A stretch of DNA of 63,947 bases, filler included, from Rhabdomonas costata (GCA_019059605.1; 44 parts of 44 records of this genome joined end to end with filler, not necessarily neighbours in it); one strand, 5' to 3'. Counted from the first letter of the whole stretch, positions 25,367-38,103 are shown. Program-made: numbers and translations. The notes: a model not told the origin generated them from the sequence alone.

Positions 25367-26709
25367 GGTGCGTGTGCATATCCCCATTTTCCGATTCGAT
25401 TTTCATTCGCTGCCGAATTATTTGACTGGAGATTCGGGAGGTTATGCTTGCTGCTTCCCATCCATAACCGGTATCCGTTCTTGCGTTGTTGTTGTTTTTA
25501 GTTGGGTTGTTGGTGGGATTCGGGATTTTAGCAAGACCCTCCAATCAAATCGCGGTCCCTCGGGAGATTAGGTGGGAGGAAGGTGGACGGCGGAAGGTGC
25601 AGTTACACAGATGGGGAATTTATTGGGCAACGGATTGGGGTCTTTGGTGAAATACCCAAAATAGAAACCCACGTAGAATGAAGTCTGGTCTTTCATGGCC
25701 ACTGTTCGAAGGGGAAGCAGAACGTTTGAAAGTGATGATGATCGTTGCCACATGTTATAACATAGACCACGTGTCCCAGAAGGACTTGCACTGTGCTTGG
25801 AAAGACTGGGAGGCAGCACTCCACATCGGAAGCTGGATCGGATGCAGAACATTCATGAAACTGTGTTTTGGGTGGGCGGTGTATAGAGTTTCCGGGTAGG
25901 TCTGTGTTTCATATTTGTTGCGTTTTTGTTGTGAAGGACTGTTGAGGACAGAAGGTTGACGTTTTGACAGAGTCCTCTTTTCCCTTAGTTTTTGCTGCGG
26001 TGAGAAAGCAAGGGCAAAGAGGACTCTGTCAAAACGTCAACCTTCTGTCCTCAACAGTCCTTCACAACAAAAACGCAACAAATATGAAACACAAACCCCC
26101 NNNNNNNNNNNNNNNNNNNNNNNNNNNNNNNNNNNNNNNNNNNNTTAATTAATTAANNNNNNNNNNNNNNNNNNNNNNNNNNNNNNNNNNNNNNNNNNNN
26201 TTGTGGTTTGCACAGCAGTTCCACCGAAACGCTGTGGCCGGTCCTTGGGGTCAGAATTTTCTGTCCTTTCACCTTCGGCTGGTTGTGGTGCACCTTGGCA
26301 GCTGTTTCACAACCCTTTTGTGCCGCTTCTTGCCCGACTCAGCGGACGGTTTACGGTAGCACCCCACAACGTATTTACACAAGACCAATGCGGTCAGGCA
26401 ACCGGCTTGGCCGCCTGAAACCCACAAACATTTCTGTATCATCTCGTGCGTGATGCTGGTGGTGGTGGTGGTGGGGATCAGGGTCGTGCCGGCGGCTGCA
26501 TATCAATTGTTCTGGAGACGAAACAGCTCGGGAGGGGAACCTATGGAAAAAATCGACATCCCACAATCGCAGTCTCCTTTGAACCAGATTAGCCTTTATT
26601 TAGATTCTACATCGTTTTTCCCAAGTGGCAGATGCTCTTTCCTTTACGGGAGCAAAACCCTCAACCCAACGGTGCTCGCACCACGATCGACAGGAAGCCA
26701 AAAAAACAC

Positions 26710-27315
26710 CGGTATCTCAGGAAGGTCACGGCCTGGTTGTGGGGTCCACCACCAGCGGCCACTTTCCCGCACGAGCCAGCTGCCGTGTGGTATCCTTCCA
26801 CAGCCCATCCACAAGGTCCTCCAGCGCCAAGTTTATTCCCGGGCGAGTGGGCCCAGAAGAGTGGGCTCCAGCACCCCCACCCTGGTCTGCCCCAGACTTA
26901 GCCTCCCGAAGTTCCGTCCGAAGCAGAACCAATGCCTCCCTGTATCAATCGAAAAAATCCAACTGCGGCATGCACACCTCTTCCCTCGGATAGGGGCCAC
27001 TGATTCATCGGTCTGCTGATGGGTATGTCGCTCGGGTTCACCTTACCAGTGACAGCCTGGAAACCCTTCAGGGAACCCTTCTTTATGAGATGGCAAAGGC
27101 AAAGTGCACCAGCCAACAAGCCGATGACATCATGCATGTGTTCTTATTTCTTTTTGTTTGGTAGTTGAGTTTCAACCCACACACACCGACAGTGCGGTGA
27201 GGGTGGGTGTCAGCCTTACCTGGCCTCGTCTGCCTTCTCCTTGGCCTTCTGCAACTCTGCCTCGGCGTCCTTGACGTATTTAAGGGCAGTCTCGGCGAGC
27301 TCCTTGCGGCCATCC
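26710..27315 (-). CDS. IQANK1: IQ motif and ankyrin repeat protein 1 homologue (C-terminal part); exons 27315-27220 and 26939-26710, with a 1-nt frameshift at ~26737
   Basis: ...YVKDAEAELQKAKEKADEA-R-EALVLLRTELRE...DGLWKDTTRQLARAGKWPLVVDPT/NQAVTFLRYR matches IQANK1 KDVG..I...GRWPLVIDP.GQAATFLRY. Confidence 0.75.
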
Positions 27316-27962
27316 CTGGACGTCAAGTAAGAACTTCTGTGACTGTTTGCTAGTCTGAGGTACGTCGAAATTTGCTTCAAGACCCAGGAGTAGCGTGAGT
27401 TTAAAAATGGGTTATGAAATCTGGCGAGGCAAGTTTTTCGGAGTGAAAAGGCACTCCATCAGAGGGAACTGCTAAGTTGTAGGTAGGAAGCAGTATGTAG
27501 TTCATGGTTTCCCGTAGTTAGGTTCCTATTAAGCCGCCAAGGTCTTCCCAACAAANNNNNNNNNNNNNNNNNNNNNNNNNNNNNNNNNNNNNNNNNNNNT
27601 TAATTAATTAANNNNNNNNNNNNNNNNNNNNNNNNNNNNNNNNNNNNNNNNNNNNGTGGTGGGTGTGTTTGGTGGTGTTTTTTGTTACGCTGTGGTTAGG
27701 ACGTCCTTCTGCGTTTCTCAAGGTTGTCTGTTTTTTTTGGAAGTCGTTTACTGAAATGTGTAGCTTGCTCAGGTTTGCGGTTTATGTGTTTTATGCCAGT
27801 TGCAAAGCGCTGCTGGAGGCCAGATCTTGTGTTTTTTGCTAACCGCGTCAAAGGAATAGCAATGGTTAGTAATTTGGAGGTGGGCTGGCGAGTCTGCCAT
27901 CTCTCGTTGGGCATCAACCAAGAGATGGCTTCTTGTTTTTCCTTCTTCCTGTCTCCCTCCAG

Positions 27963-28432
27963 GCCCCGTCCAGTATGAGGGAACCTCGCCTCCTCGCTCA
28001 ACTTTTCATCGCTGTCGTTCCTGGTTCCATTCGTCCGTTGAGTTTTGTCCCCGTCTTTAAAGGATTTAGCTATTTGTGTTCCATCCCTGCTCTTTCTGGA
28101 TTGGGCTGGTATGGTGTCTTTTTCACAACCGTGATCAAGTGGGTCGGTGAAAAGCAAGTTTCCGAGCACGGATGTCTAGAATGCTCACAACGTCCTGGGC
28201 TGTCCGCCTGCTCCTACGCTCATTCACAATGCAGGCGTTGGTTCTCGTTTCACAGTGTGAACGAGTCGTCTCCATCATTGCAACCATCGTGCTGGTACCG
28301 CTAAAGCGGTCATATGGTATGTCAGGCTGTGTGTGCCGTGCGCTTGGCTGTACTTTTCTGCAGTAATCGCCGTTGGGTGGGTTGCCCCATATGCTTTTTG
28401 TTCTATACCCTGCGTTTGTAGCTTGATTTCAG
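27963..28432 (+). CDS. Unknown polytopic membrane protein with very short introns (28024-28062, 28139-28179, 28317-28363)
   Basis: Successive GT-AG pairs restore one stop-free hydrophobic frame; final GTAAGA donor. Confidence 0.45.
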
Positions 28433-29756
28433 GTAAGAGAACAGAGAATGAGGAATTGGAGCCGGCTGCCAGGGCGTCGATTGAAAAGAAGCATTTCGCT
28501 TTGGCCTGGCCACTTGGTACTTGTTCTCTCGATACTCGAGAAACGAGCCAGAGCAGGTGAGGAGCAAACAGGGCAAGTGAAGCGATGCAGTACTCCTTGC
28601 CTCTGAAAAACAAACCGTCCATTTCTTCCTTGCACTCACTTGTAAGCTGCATTATTCCTCCTCCTTCTTGTTTTTCGGCAACAGCAGCTTGACAGCTCAG
28701 CTGCTGCGTTGTGAAGGGTGCGTGTTACCAACTTCTCACGTGCTCTCACTTGTTCTTTGGATGTGCATTTTTGCCTCTCTCCCTCCATCCCTCGGATGCC
28801 GCCTCTCGGTGTGTTTTCCGTTCCTTTTCTTTCATCTTTTTTTGCCTGCCCCCTCCCTTCTTCTGCTCCTGCATTTTTTTTGACTGGGTCCGTTTCTGCT
28901 GTAGCTGCGTTTTTGTAGCACCATGTGCGGTGCCGTGATTCCTTCGTTTGCATTGGAGGTAGGAAATGGATTCTGGTTCTATTTTTGGTTGCGTGGTACC
29001 ACCCCACAACANNNNNNNNNNNNNNNNNNNNNNNNNNNNNNNNNNNNNNNNNNNNTTAATTAATTAANNNNNNNNNNNNNNNNNNNNNNNNNNNNNNNNN
29101 NNNNNNNNNNNCACAGACTACAACAAAATGAGGGGCAAAATGTAACTCTGCCATGTGAATTCCGCCTTTTTCATTGAAACCCTCCATAACCACCACAGGC
29201 ACGACAGGCGCAACGCTTAAAAGGACTGAAATCGACCCTAAAAGCCACTTAGAGATGCACTAACGAAATCTATCTCACGCAAATGTGATGTCAGTCTGAA
29301 GTACTCCTGGCGCCACACCTTGAGCAAGCCTAGGAAACACGACCACCACGACCCCTCAACAGCGGAAAAGTTCAGAAGGAGAGCGGATGAACGGCAAAAT
29401 AACCATTATGAGAAGTAAGAACGGCAGTGCTACAATGAAAACAATGTACACAATACAAAGGACTGAAATCATCTATTCATAGAATTTTTTCGGGGCAACT
29501 TCCCTCGGAAACAAGTGCTACAGCGGGCAAAAGTAACGTGCATTGTGCGCAGAGCTGTCTGAAGTGGTTTGCTAGATGCGACGCAAGTACCCATGCAGAT
29601 CCTATAGATCGTCAGTTCGCATCCCAAAATATTAAGAATTACGCAAATTTCTCAAGCTTCTCTCGCTGCTGATTCTTCTCACGGCGTTCCGGTAAAAAAT
29701 AATATAACGCAAAAGCGGTATAAATGCGGTCTGGGTTACGGTGGTCAGAGGCGCAC

Positions 29757-30226
29757 CATCGAACTCCCGCTTTTTGTGCGAGAGGTAGGGGTCGGGGGTC
29801 CTGGGGTGGTCTGGGCCCCGGCAGGACCGCGGCACCAGGGCGATGTAGTTGGCATAGCCCACGGTGTTCTTGCCCTTCGCGATTTGCTTCAGCCGCTGCT
29901 CCACGCGGTGGCGATCCTCCTCGAGATCTCTTACAATGGAAAAGATCCACAAACATACAAGTACACTGAGAAGGCGAGAAAGAAAGTTTCAGCATTGGTC
30001 CCTCGTCTGCTCTGGGACCTCATCCCAAATGCACTGTCCTATGTCTGTATTATGAGCCTGGGGACTCTTTCTCAAATGCGTTTCGGGAGGGGGGAAATAC
30101 TTCTTTACCCTCTGCCTGCCCCACACACAACCTCCTGTAATACATCAGATACCTCCGCTGCTTGGTGTTAGGCTGATTTGCAGAAGCCCCCGCAGAGGGG
30201 GGCTGGTCAGGCAACCTCCTCTGAAC
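29757..30226 (-). CDS. SLBP: Histone stem-loop binding protein RNA-binding domain; exons 30226-30153 and 29929-29757
   Basis: EEDRHRVEQRLKQIAKGKNTVGYANYIALVPR...HPRTPDP...KREFDG matches the SLBP RRQKQI.YGKNT..Y..Y...VP....HP.TP...RR.WD signature. Confidence 0.88.
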
Positions 30227-32578
30227 CTGCCGAAAAAGATAGAATTGAGGAGATTCAGGAAGCCGCGAAAAGCGCCACTGTCAGCAGTATCCCTCCCACT
30301 TTCAAAAATGCATATGTTGATCACCGCGCCGAGTCCCGAAGCAGAAGTCATAAAAGTCCCAAACACATCAATTATCCGCCCAGAGCGGAAGCTCTCAGAT
30401 GGAAAAACATCTGCAACCCCCTCCCTCCCTCTCTCCCTCCCTTCCAACGAAGCCGCCATTCCACGCGNNNNNNNNNNNNNNNNNNNNNNNNNNNNNNNNN
30501 NNNNNNNNNNNTTAATTAATTAANNNNNNNNNNNNNNNNNNNNNNNNNNNNNNNNNNNNNNNNNNNNCGTTGAGTTATCCACACCTCCGGCTGTCTGTGG
30601 GTTTTTTTTACCCCATTTTGACATTCTGGTGCACCGAATTTGCCACAAGCTTGCGTCCTTGCTACCAGCAAAATGACGCATTTCTTCTTTCTTGCCCAGA
30701 GCGCGACCAGGCTATCAGGATGCACCGTGCCAAGGTACTTGCTCGGAAATCCTTCCTCCTCCCCTCCTTTTCCACTCTCTCGATCCACCAACGAATCGGG
30801 GGAAACCAGTCGTACTCGAATGGTGGGCACCTGAACAATGTCTCCGATCGTTGCATTTGAATAGTATCTCCGATTGAGCGGTTTGTGCTTCAGACAGCGG
30901 AAATTCTCCGCCATCCTCCACCCGTTTATCATGGCTGTATGCGTGGCTGCCAGTCATCGCAGTGTCGTGGTGCACGACTTGCTTTTGGCTGTGTGTGTTG
31001 ACCACCCACATTGTGTGCATCTTCTGCGGTGGGGTCTCGAGAATAAGGTACCTGGAAATCGCCGGGTCTGCATTGGTTTTACAGGTACATGGCACCCTCC
31101 CAATGACTTCCCAGAGGGACTCGCTCAACCCAAGCCCCGCCGTTCTACGCAGCCCACCGCCTAAACCAAACAGAAATCGAAGTGCTAGCACTAGATTCAG
31201 AAGATCTCCCTTCCCACGACAATTTTCACAGGATCCAAAGGAAAAGTGCCGTTGGGTCCCAGATGCAAGCCTAGCTGCACCCCGAAATCGAGAACCGAGT
31301 CCGTAACGTTTCGAACTGAATTCTTTTTGGCGTGTTTTTGTGCCGCTAGGCTTGGGTAGCACATGGCGTCTCTTGGTGCAGACGCAAGGTTGTAAACTCT
31401 CGATTTACGGTGTTGCCTGCTATAGCTTCCCTATGCTGTTGCTCCACCAGCAGAGCTTCCTTGCCAGATTAAGTGCGTCGGGAACGTTTCTTTTGAATGT
31501 CCTGGGCGCTTGTTTGTTTGAGCCCGAATGTCTTGGGCGTTTTCTCTTGATTAGGTGGATCAGGAAGTTTCTGAGCTCCGAAAAGAGATGTCCGCAGCAG
31601 GCGCAAGCACGGCGTAGAGAACTGGCCCCAGATCTGGGAATTGACCTTGACAAGGGTGTTGTGAACACAGCGAAGAACTGCAGCGCTGTATTTGCCTCTA
31701 CGCACAGGCTTCTCAGAGTGAACTTGGCTGTTCTTTCTTTTTGCTTTTCCGGAAATCCTTCCTCCTCCCCTCCTTTTCCACTCTCTCGATCCACCAACGA
31801 ATCGGGGGAAACCAGTCGTACTCGAATGGTGGGCACATGAACAATGTCTCCGATCGTTGCATTTGAATAGTATCTCCGATTGAGCGGTTTGTGCTTCAGA
31901 CAGCGGAAATTCTCAACACCCCCNNNNNNNNNNNNNNNNNNNNNNNNNNNNNNNNNNNNNNNNNNNNTTAATTAATTAANNNNNNNNNNNNNNNNNNNNN
32001 NNNNNNNNNNNNNNNNNNNNNNNGTTGGGGTAGGTCGTCCTCGTGCCGGAGGTAATCATCTGGCCTCCGGTAAGCAAAATGGTGTTGTTCCTGAGTGCGA
32101 GAGAGTGGGTCATTGAGCGTCATGCTACGAGGAAAGAGCAGTGAAGCCTGAAGATAGCCCGAAGCTTCGATATTTTTCGGGACGGGACAATTGTATTGGA
32201 CGGGGGAGGGGGCTTACACGTTCCGTATCGCTAAACGTTTAGCAGTTCTAAACATTTTTGGCTTTTGTGGATTCTTTTTTTTTTTTGGAATTGTCGCTGC
32301 TTTTTAATTTTCTTTAACAAAATTGCGCATCGCTGCTGGGCTTTGGCAGGCACATGGGACAAATTTATTTTGGAGCCAGCGCCGCGGAGGGGGCTGATGG
32401 ATTGGGACGTTCCATGGGGTGGGAGAATGCTCGGTTTAGCACTGCTAAACTTTTAGGTTGTCGTTTTGGCTGCATTTTGGGCAAGCGCCCTCTCCAGTTC
32501 TTTACTACTGTTCCGGGTTAAGGCGCAGTACGCCGAACCACTGAAAAGCCACAGGAGGCATTCAAAGGTCACACACAC

Positions 32579-32697
32579 AGCAGAAACAGTACATGCACAC
32601 CAAACCACAGAAGACCAGTACGACGTCGTGGTCCATTGATAGTTAAGCCAGCTGTATCCATTGGTTTCGTCGTACAGAAGCACCTGGGGAAGGCTCC
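32579..32697 (-). CDS. Isolated aromatic-rich exon of an unknown, probably extracellular, protein
   Basis: TTTTTCTTTCAG acceptor; SLPQVLLYDETNGYSWLNYQWTTTSYWSSV then GT; 3' bound approximate. Confidence 0.35.
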
Positions 32698-33479
32698 CTG
32701 AAAGAAAAAAGCAAAGTAAAAAGCCAACAGCAGAAACACATTCGTGCTGAATCGGCCGTGGTACCACACCCAGCGAGCAAGGGCCAGAAAAAGCAAACTT
32801 CACTGTGGAGTTTTGGTGCACAAAAAGTGTTTTGCTTCAAAAAGACACTGTGCTCGTCGTTGGCAAAACACATTCCCGTGGCTGCTTTTCAGTCTTCTCC
32901 CTCCTCCAACCCTACAACAACGTTTTTTGGAACAACCATTTGTTTTGTAACCTTGTTCTACAAGCAAATTGCAAGCTTGAGTGCTCCCCCACCACATACC
33001 GTAAACCAAGACTATAGTGTAAAACCACAACAAACAATAAATTGACCCAGCGTTTGTCAGGCCGGTCGTTTCCTCCTGAAAGAGAGAACCCCAATAGTGG
33101 ACATTTAGCCCGTATGGCGAGCTTGGCGTCGAGGCAACTCGCTCCTCCTTCCAAAACGAATGGAGTCCATGTTCGAGCAAAGCAAGTCAGGCAAGAGTTT
33201 CATCCCCCCAGCTCCTATATGGCGCATGTCCTGCTGGGAAGGATTCCGATGGCTATGAAAGGCATTCATGAAGAAATCAGAGAACTGCGACGAAGAGCGA
33301 GTCCGTACGTGCTCTTTCAGTTGGAAGCTGGAAAAAACCATATCCAAACGTATGCGGACCCAAGCGTACCAACAAACACNNNNNNNNNNNNNNNNNNNNN
33401 NNNNNNNNNNNNNNNNNNNNNNNTTAATTAATTAANNNNNNNNNNNNNNNNNNNNNNNNNNNNNNNNNNNNNNNNNNNN

Positions 33480-34785
33480 TCGCCAGCACGCCAACGTCCG
33501 CAGACATCCAGCGGATGAAGCTCAGCGTGGCGTTCAGTGCGGCACATCCCGCGGGGGTGCTCCACAAGTCCTTCCGGACGACAAAGGTGGAGAAGCCGAC
33601 GATGGGATAACTTTTCTCCCCGGCAGTGTCAAGGATGTCTAAAAGAGGATATTCCGAAAAGAATTCACATGAAAAAAGCGGAGATGACTGCCGGGCAAAG
33701 CGTCGTGGCGACGGCAGAGAAGAAACACAGGCGAATGGGAAAATCCTTGCGCAGCGCCTTCATCGCGTCAAGCTTCCGGATGTTCAGAACCAACAAAGCG
33801 AACACCAAATCAGAACAATGAACAGGTAAAGCGGCAGCTTCCTTCTCGCTCTGCGGCGCAGACGCACAACAACGCATGTGCTCGACACAACCATATGGAA
33901 AGGGGGGGGGGGTGGAGGAAACAGGAATTGAGGGTCACACCGCTCTGAAAGTGGTTGTCAAAGGTGGCCTGGCCTGCTGCATCCTCCACGGCCTCCAGCG
34001 AAGGCACGACAAAATTGCTACAAGCAGAGAGACCAGAGGGGGAAGCATCGCAGCCCTCTCTATGAGCTAATAAATATACCCCGAACCGTCCCTGCGCTGG
34101 TCCAGCCAAGCGCACGCCGAAAAAAGGAAAGTTGGGTCGCAGAGTCAAGCTGTTAGTAGCTTCTTATGCAGAAATCGTAGAAATATTGAAACAGCATACT
34201 TTCACCGCACAGGATTCCTCGCGCCGATAATCGCATTGAGGTTAGCAGGCGCGAAAGAGAACTATAATCTTGTCTCATGTAATACATCATTCCCGACCAC
34301 AGAAAAACCGACCATCACTTCCACCTTTCAGACAAGTGCACAAGGCATCCAGAAAGGACTCAAAGCTGAATGATGGGATCCACACCCTTTCTTGTTGGGA
34401 ATGGCAATCATCGGCAGGGAGCGTGCCACCGCAGTGGCCCGGGGCACAAAGGCCATGGCGTACGGTGTGGTCTGGCGGCAAAATACAGCGGCAGAAAATG
34501 GCAGCAATTCAAACAGTGGGATTGCAAAGCCAACTCCTTTGCTGCTCTCTTAACACCCTTGACTTTGTGCCCCAATGCGCCCCCCCCAGAAAATCTCTGA
34601 GCCCCAAAAAGAAGCGCGTGGGTCTTTCACGTTTTCAACTGGCCCATTGGAAGTTGGGGGGGGGGTAACCGTTACCACTCCCCTATCCAAACTTCCGTTG
34701 CACCCGATTACTGCATGGAAAACTTCACCAGACACCGCTCTTGATCGCACCTGCACCGCAGTGCACAGCGAGGGCTCAATGGAAC
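33480..34785 (-). CDS. PstS-like periplasmic-binding-protein type 2 domain; exons ~34785-34673, 34471-34386, 34017-33941, 33638-33480
   Basis: Spliced TTPYAMAFVPRATAVARSLPMIAIPNKK-G-NFVVPSLEAVEDAAGQATFDNHFQS-D-ILDTAGEKSYPIVGFSTFVVRKD...LSFIRW matches PstS (TPGAIGYVE..LKNKAGNFV.P...PG..AYPI...FL.W); all phases fit. Confidence 0.82.
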
Positions 34786-34946
34786 TGGGGGTACCCTTCC
34801 TCGCAACACCTACTCCTTGTTTTGAGTGACAAAANNNNNNNNNNNNNNNNNNNNNNNNNNNNNNNNNNNNNNNNNNNNTTAATTAATTAANNNNNNNNNN
34901 NNNNNNNNNNNNNNNNNNNNNNNNNNNNNNNNNNTCGCTATCCTAG

Positions 34947-35209
34947 TGGCGGATATTCGGCAGCAGGCGGAGGTCACCAGTGCCCAGGCCGACCACAGCT
35001 TCCACACTGGGGTCATCGCCTCGGTGTCGATTGCCATGGGGATCCTGTCCTTTGCCGTGCTTAGCGCTGTGGTGTTCAGCCTGGCCATCACCCGCCCCCT
35101 GCAGGCCCTTGCGGCGTATCTGGAGAGGGTGTCTCGGATGGACGTCGCGATGGACATGGGTCTGGACCCGGAGCAGCTCTCCTGGCTGCGGGAGATCCGC
35201 CAGATGCAG
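34947..35209 (+). CDS. Transmembrane helix + HAMP linker exon of a membrane receptor (cyclase- or kinase-type)
   Basis: Hydrophobic helix followed by ITRPLQALAAYLERVSRMD...SWLREIRQMQ; AG/GT bounded. Confidence 0.8.
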
Positions 35210-37107
35210 GTGATGGTGACAAGTAGTTATGTAGTGGACTGGGTCGTCAAGCTTGGAATCATTTGGTCAGGGGTGAGCTTCCCGATGGCATGATGAGCGG
35301 AAAGATGAGACGAGTTCCCAGCTTGGCCTCCCCGATACATCCCTTCAATAGCCATAGCGCTTGGCTTGTTAGGTTACATATTTCTGGAGGTGTTTTTGTC
35401 GCTTACCTGTTGAGGTCGCCCCAATGTGTTCACTTGCTTGGGATACCGGTGATTTATTTCTGTGTGCGGTTTTTCCTCTCCCTGCGTGTTTTTGTTCTTT
35501 TCCCGACAGCAAAGTTTCGGGACCACAGTCAAGAATCTGATCGAGCTGAGAAAGTACGTCTGTTTGCGCGCTCGGGGCAGGGAGGGAGGCACACTCCCAG
35601 CTGCGTAGAACACGCTGGACCATCACTCAAATCATCACAGCGGTCAACTCGAAAGGACGCCAGTCCGTCCACACAAATCAGTGTGGGAGAGGTTTTCTGC
35701 GAGCGAGCGCATAGAATGCATTTTGCTTTTTCCGGAATAATGTGACGTTTCAGCGTTAAGTAAATTTGGGGAGGTAAGCGAGAATTGTGCCGGAAACGAA
35801 AATATACAGAAATGGCCGAGTACGGTTAAAAGAGTCTATTCGAGTGGTCCGTCCCCCCTCCAAGTGGAGCAGGGTGCCCCCGAGGGTGGCCTATTACAAA
35901 CCCAAAAGTCTGGCACGCACAAGGTTGGAAACATCACCACGAGAGGAGACGCCCCCAAACACACAACTGGTATTTCAAATGAGCACCCGAAGGGAAGAGT
36001 GCCGTGTTCCCAAACCACAACAAAACAGCGCACCATTAAACAGCGACGGCGTTTTTTTTTTCGCCCGCTTGAAGCTGGGTGTTGTTTTCAGTGCAGGGCG
36101 CTGGGGGTACCGAAGAGCCTCTTAAATGCTCTGCGATTGCTCAGAGGGGCAGTAGAATGAAGCTGAGGCAAGAAGATCACCGAGAGACAGAGAAAGCTGT
36201 GCGAAGGTTCTCGGTGATCTTCTTGCCTCAGCTTCATTCTACTGCCCCTCTGAGCAATCGCAGAGCATTTAAGAGGCTCTTCGGCACCCNNNNNNNNNNN
36301 NNNNNNNNNNNNNNNNNNNNNNNNNNNNNNNNNTTAATTAATTAANNNNNNNNNNNNNNNNNNNNNNNNNNNNNNNNNNNNNNNNNNNNGTGGGGTGGGG
36401 AAGGAAATCGATGGAACACCTTTCGCCAAGGCTTGGAAAAATGCAACAAGGCGAGGCCAAAAATGTATAAATGCGCCAAAATGCTCAAGCCAAAAATTTT
36501 AGAGTCGAACAAAATGCGGGGTTTGCAAACAGGAGGCCTCTACACCTCTGCATTTTGTTGGGGTTAAGCGGAGTCGGCTTGGTGATGATGATTTGACAGT
36601 GGATTCGCACGTTCCCCTCTTTTCCCACAATACTCGCACATTTACATCTCTCTTTCTATGTGTTCCGGAACCCCACCACCACCACCTTCGAGCTGCACAT
36701 GTAATCTACCGTGGCACTGGGCCCCAGAATGGTGGTACGAATGTTTAATTTTATGTTAAAAATATATCGGGGGCTTTATTTTGCAAAACATCTAAATCTC
36801 TCTAACGCGGTGCAAAGTGCTTGCGGCTGCTGAAGATAGGGGTCCACTGCACTCCACATCACCCCTGGCCGGTCTGCGGTTCGGGTTTTCTGTCCTTTTC
36901 TTTTCATTTTGCATCGACATTGGGGGTCCAAACAGGTTCAAAAGTTTGATTTTTTTCTTCATGGTTAAATCAAGAGTTATGCCGTGTGTCCACACGATCA
37001 GGATCCCTCCTACCAATGAATGTGGCCGTTCTTCGTTCTTGCCCTGCCGTTATCCTTTGGTTCTTTCCTCTCCCCCTGCCCTCCCCCGCTCTTTGTAAAT
37101 TATTTAC

Positions 37108-37526
37108 CTGGCTGTGTCGGAAGATTGTGCAACCTTCTCTCGACGGGTGATGCAAGAATAGATTAGAGGCGAGACAAACGCGAAGTGGGTCATGTAGCCG
37201 GCGTCAGGGACTCCCCCGCAGACCACGGTGATGAAGCTCGCACCAAAGATTGGCATGACGGTGACGATCCGTGTCGGGACCACAACGCTGCAGGTTTTGC
37301 TGTACCAAATGAAGGCGGCAACGACGGGAAAAGTGCCGGCGAGAAAGTTTTTCAAGGCTGCCCAGGGCATACCGCTGGCGACATTGAGAAACGACATTGA
37401 GAAAAGGACCGCCGCCCAAAAGAACGAGCATAATTGCACACGCTTCTGTCGGACGACTTCCTCGCCGTCAGTGTCAAGTACACCGACAATCAGATACCTG
37501 TCAACAATGACTCGCAGTTTTTTCAT
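37108..37526 (-). CDS. First exon of a polytopic membrane protein resembling the multi-TM anchor of bacterial-type class III adenylate cyclases
   Basis: ATG; VGVLDTDGEEVVRQKRV followed by ~4-5 TM segments and CGGVPDAG...FVSPL; GTAAAT donor. Confidence 0.5.
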
Positions 37527-38103
37527 GGCGTAAAGAGACCAAAACTGGGAAAATGAACACGCATTCTGTGTTACACCGCACCAAACAACGCATGATATCA
37601 GCGTTTGGGAAGTCATTCGGATCATTCTCTTTGGATCTCTCTCTCCTCGACACCGAAGTGGCCCAAGCTGAATTCCAAAAAGGAAAAAGCAGATCAAACA
37701 AAGAGTGGGCCGAGCAGCTACACGCTTCCCAAGTTCCTTGGGACNNNNNNNNNNNNNNNNNNNNNNNNNNNNNNNNNNNNNNNNNNNNTTAATTAATTAA
37801 NNNNNNNNNNNNNNNNNNNNNNNNNNNNNNNNNNNNNNNNNNNNTGTTTGGGTGGGTTTTTTGGATTGACGAGATCGGCAACAATTTGTTCCCGCTCTTA
37901 TCCCCTTTTTTCGCCCAAATTGTTGCCGATCTCGTCAATCCAAAAAAACGACCTTAGAAAGGGACCCTGCACCGATTCACTTTTTCTGGAAACAAAATGC
38001 ATGCGAACTTTGCTGAACAGAGCAGAAGAGGCATCACGGGAGAAGCGAAAAAGGCCACACAGAGATGGTAAATCACATTGACGAGGGAAGGGAAAGCAAA
38101 GGA

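Noticed and set aside
25903-26093. Perfect 78-bp-arm hairpin (pre-miRNA or MITE-like)
   Set aside because: Arms are identical and run into the contig end and primer scar, typical of an amplification fold-back chimera
30744-31914. 165-bp direct repeat (30744-30908 / 31750-31914; one mismatch) as LTRs
   Set aside because: No TG..CA ends, PBS, PPT or retroelement ORF; the second copy ends at the contig terminus, so it is likely a chimera or local duplication
36110-36284. Perfect 76-bp-arm hairpin
   Set aside because: Same contig-end fold-back pattern
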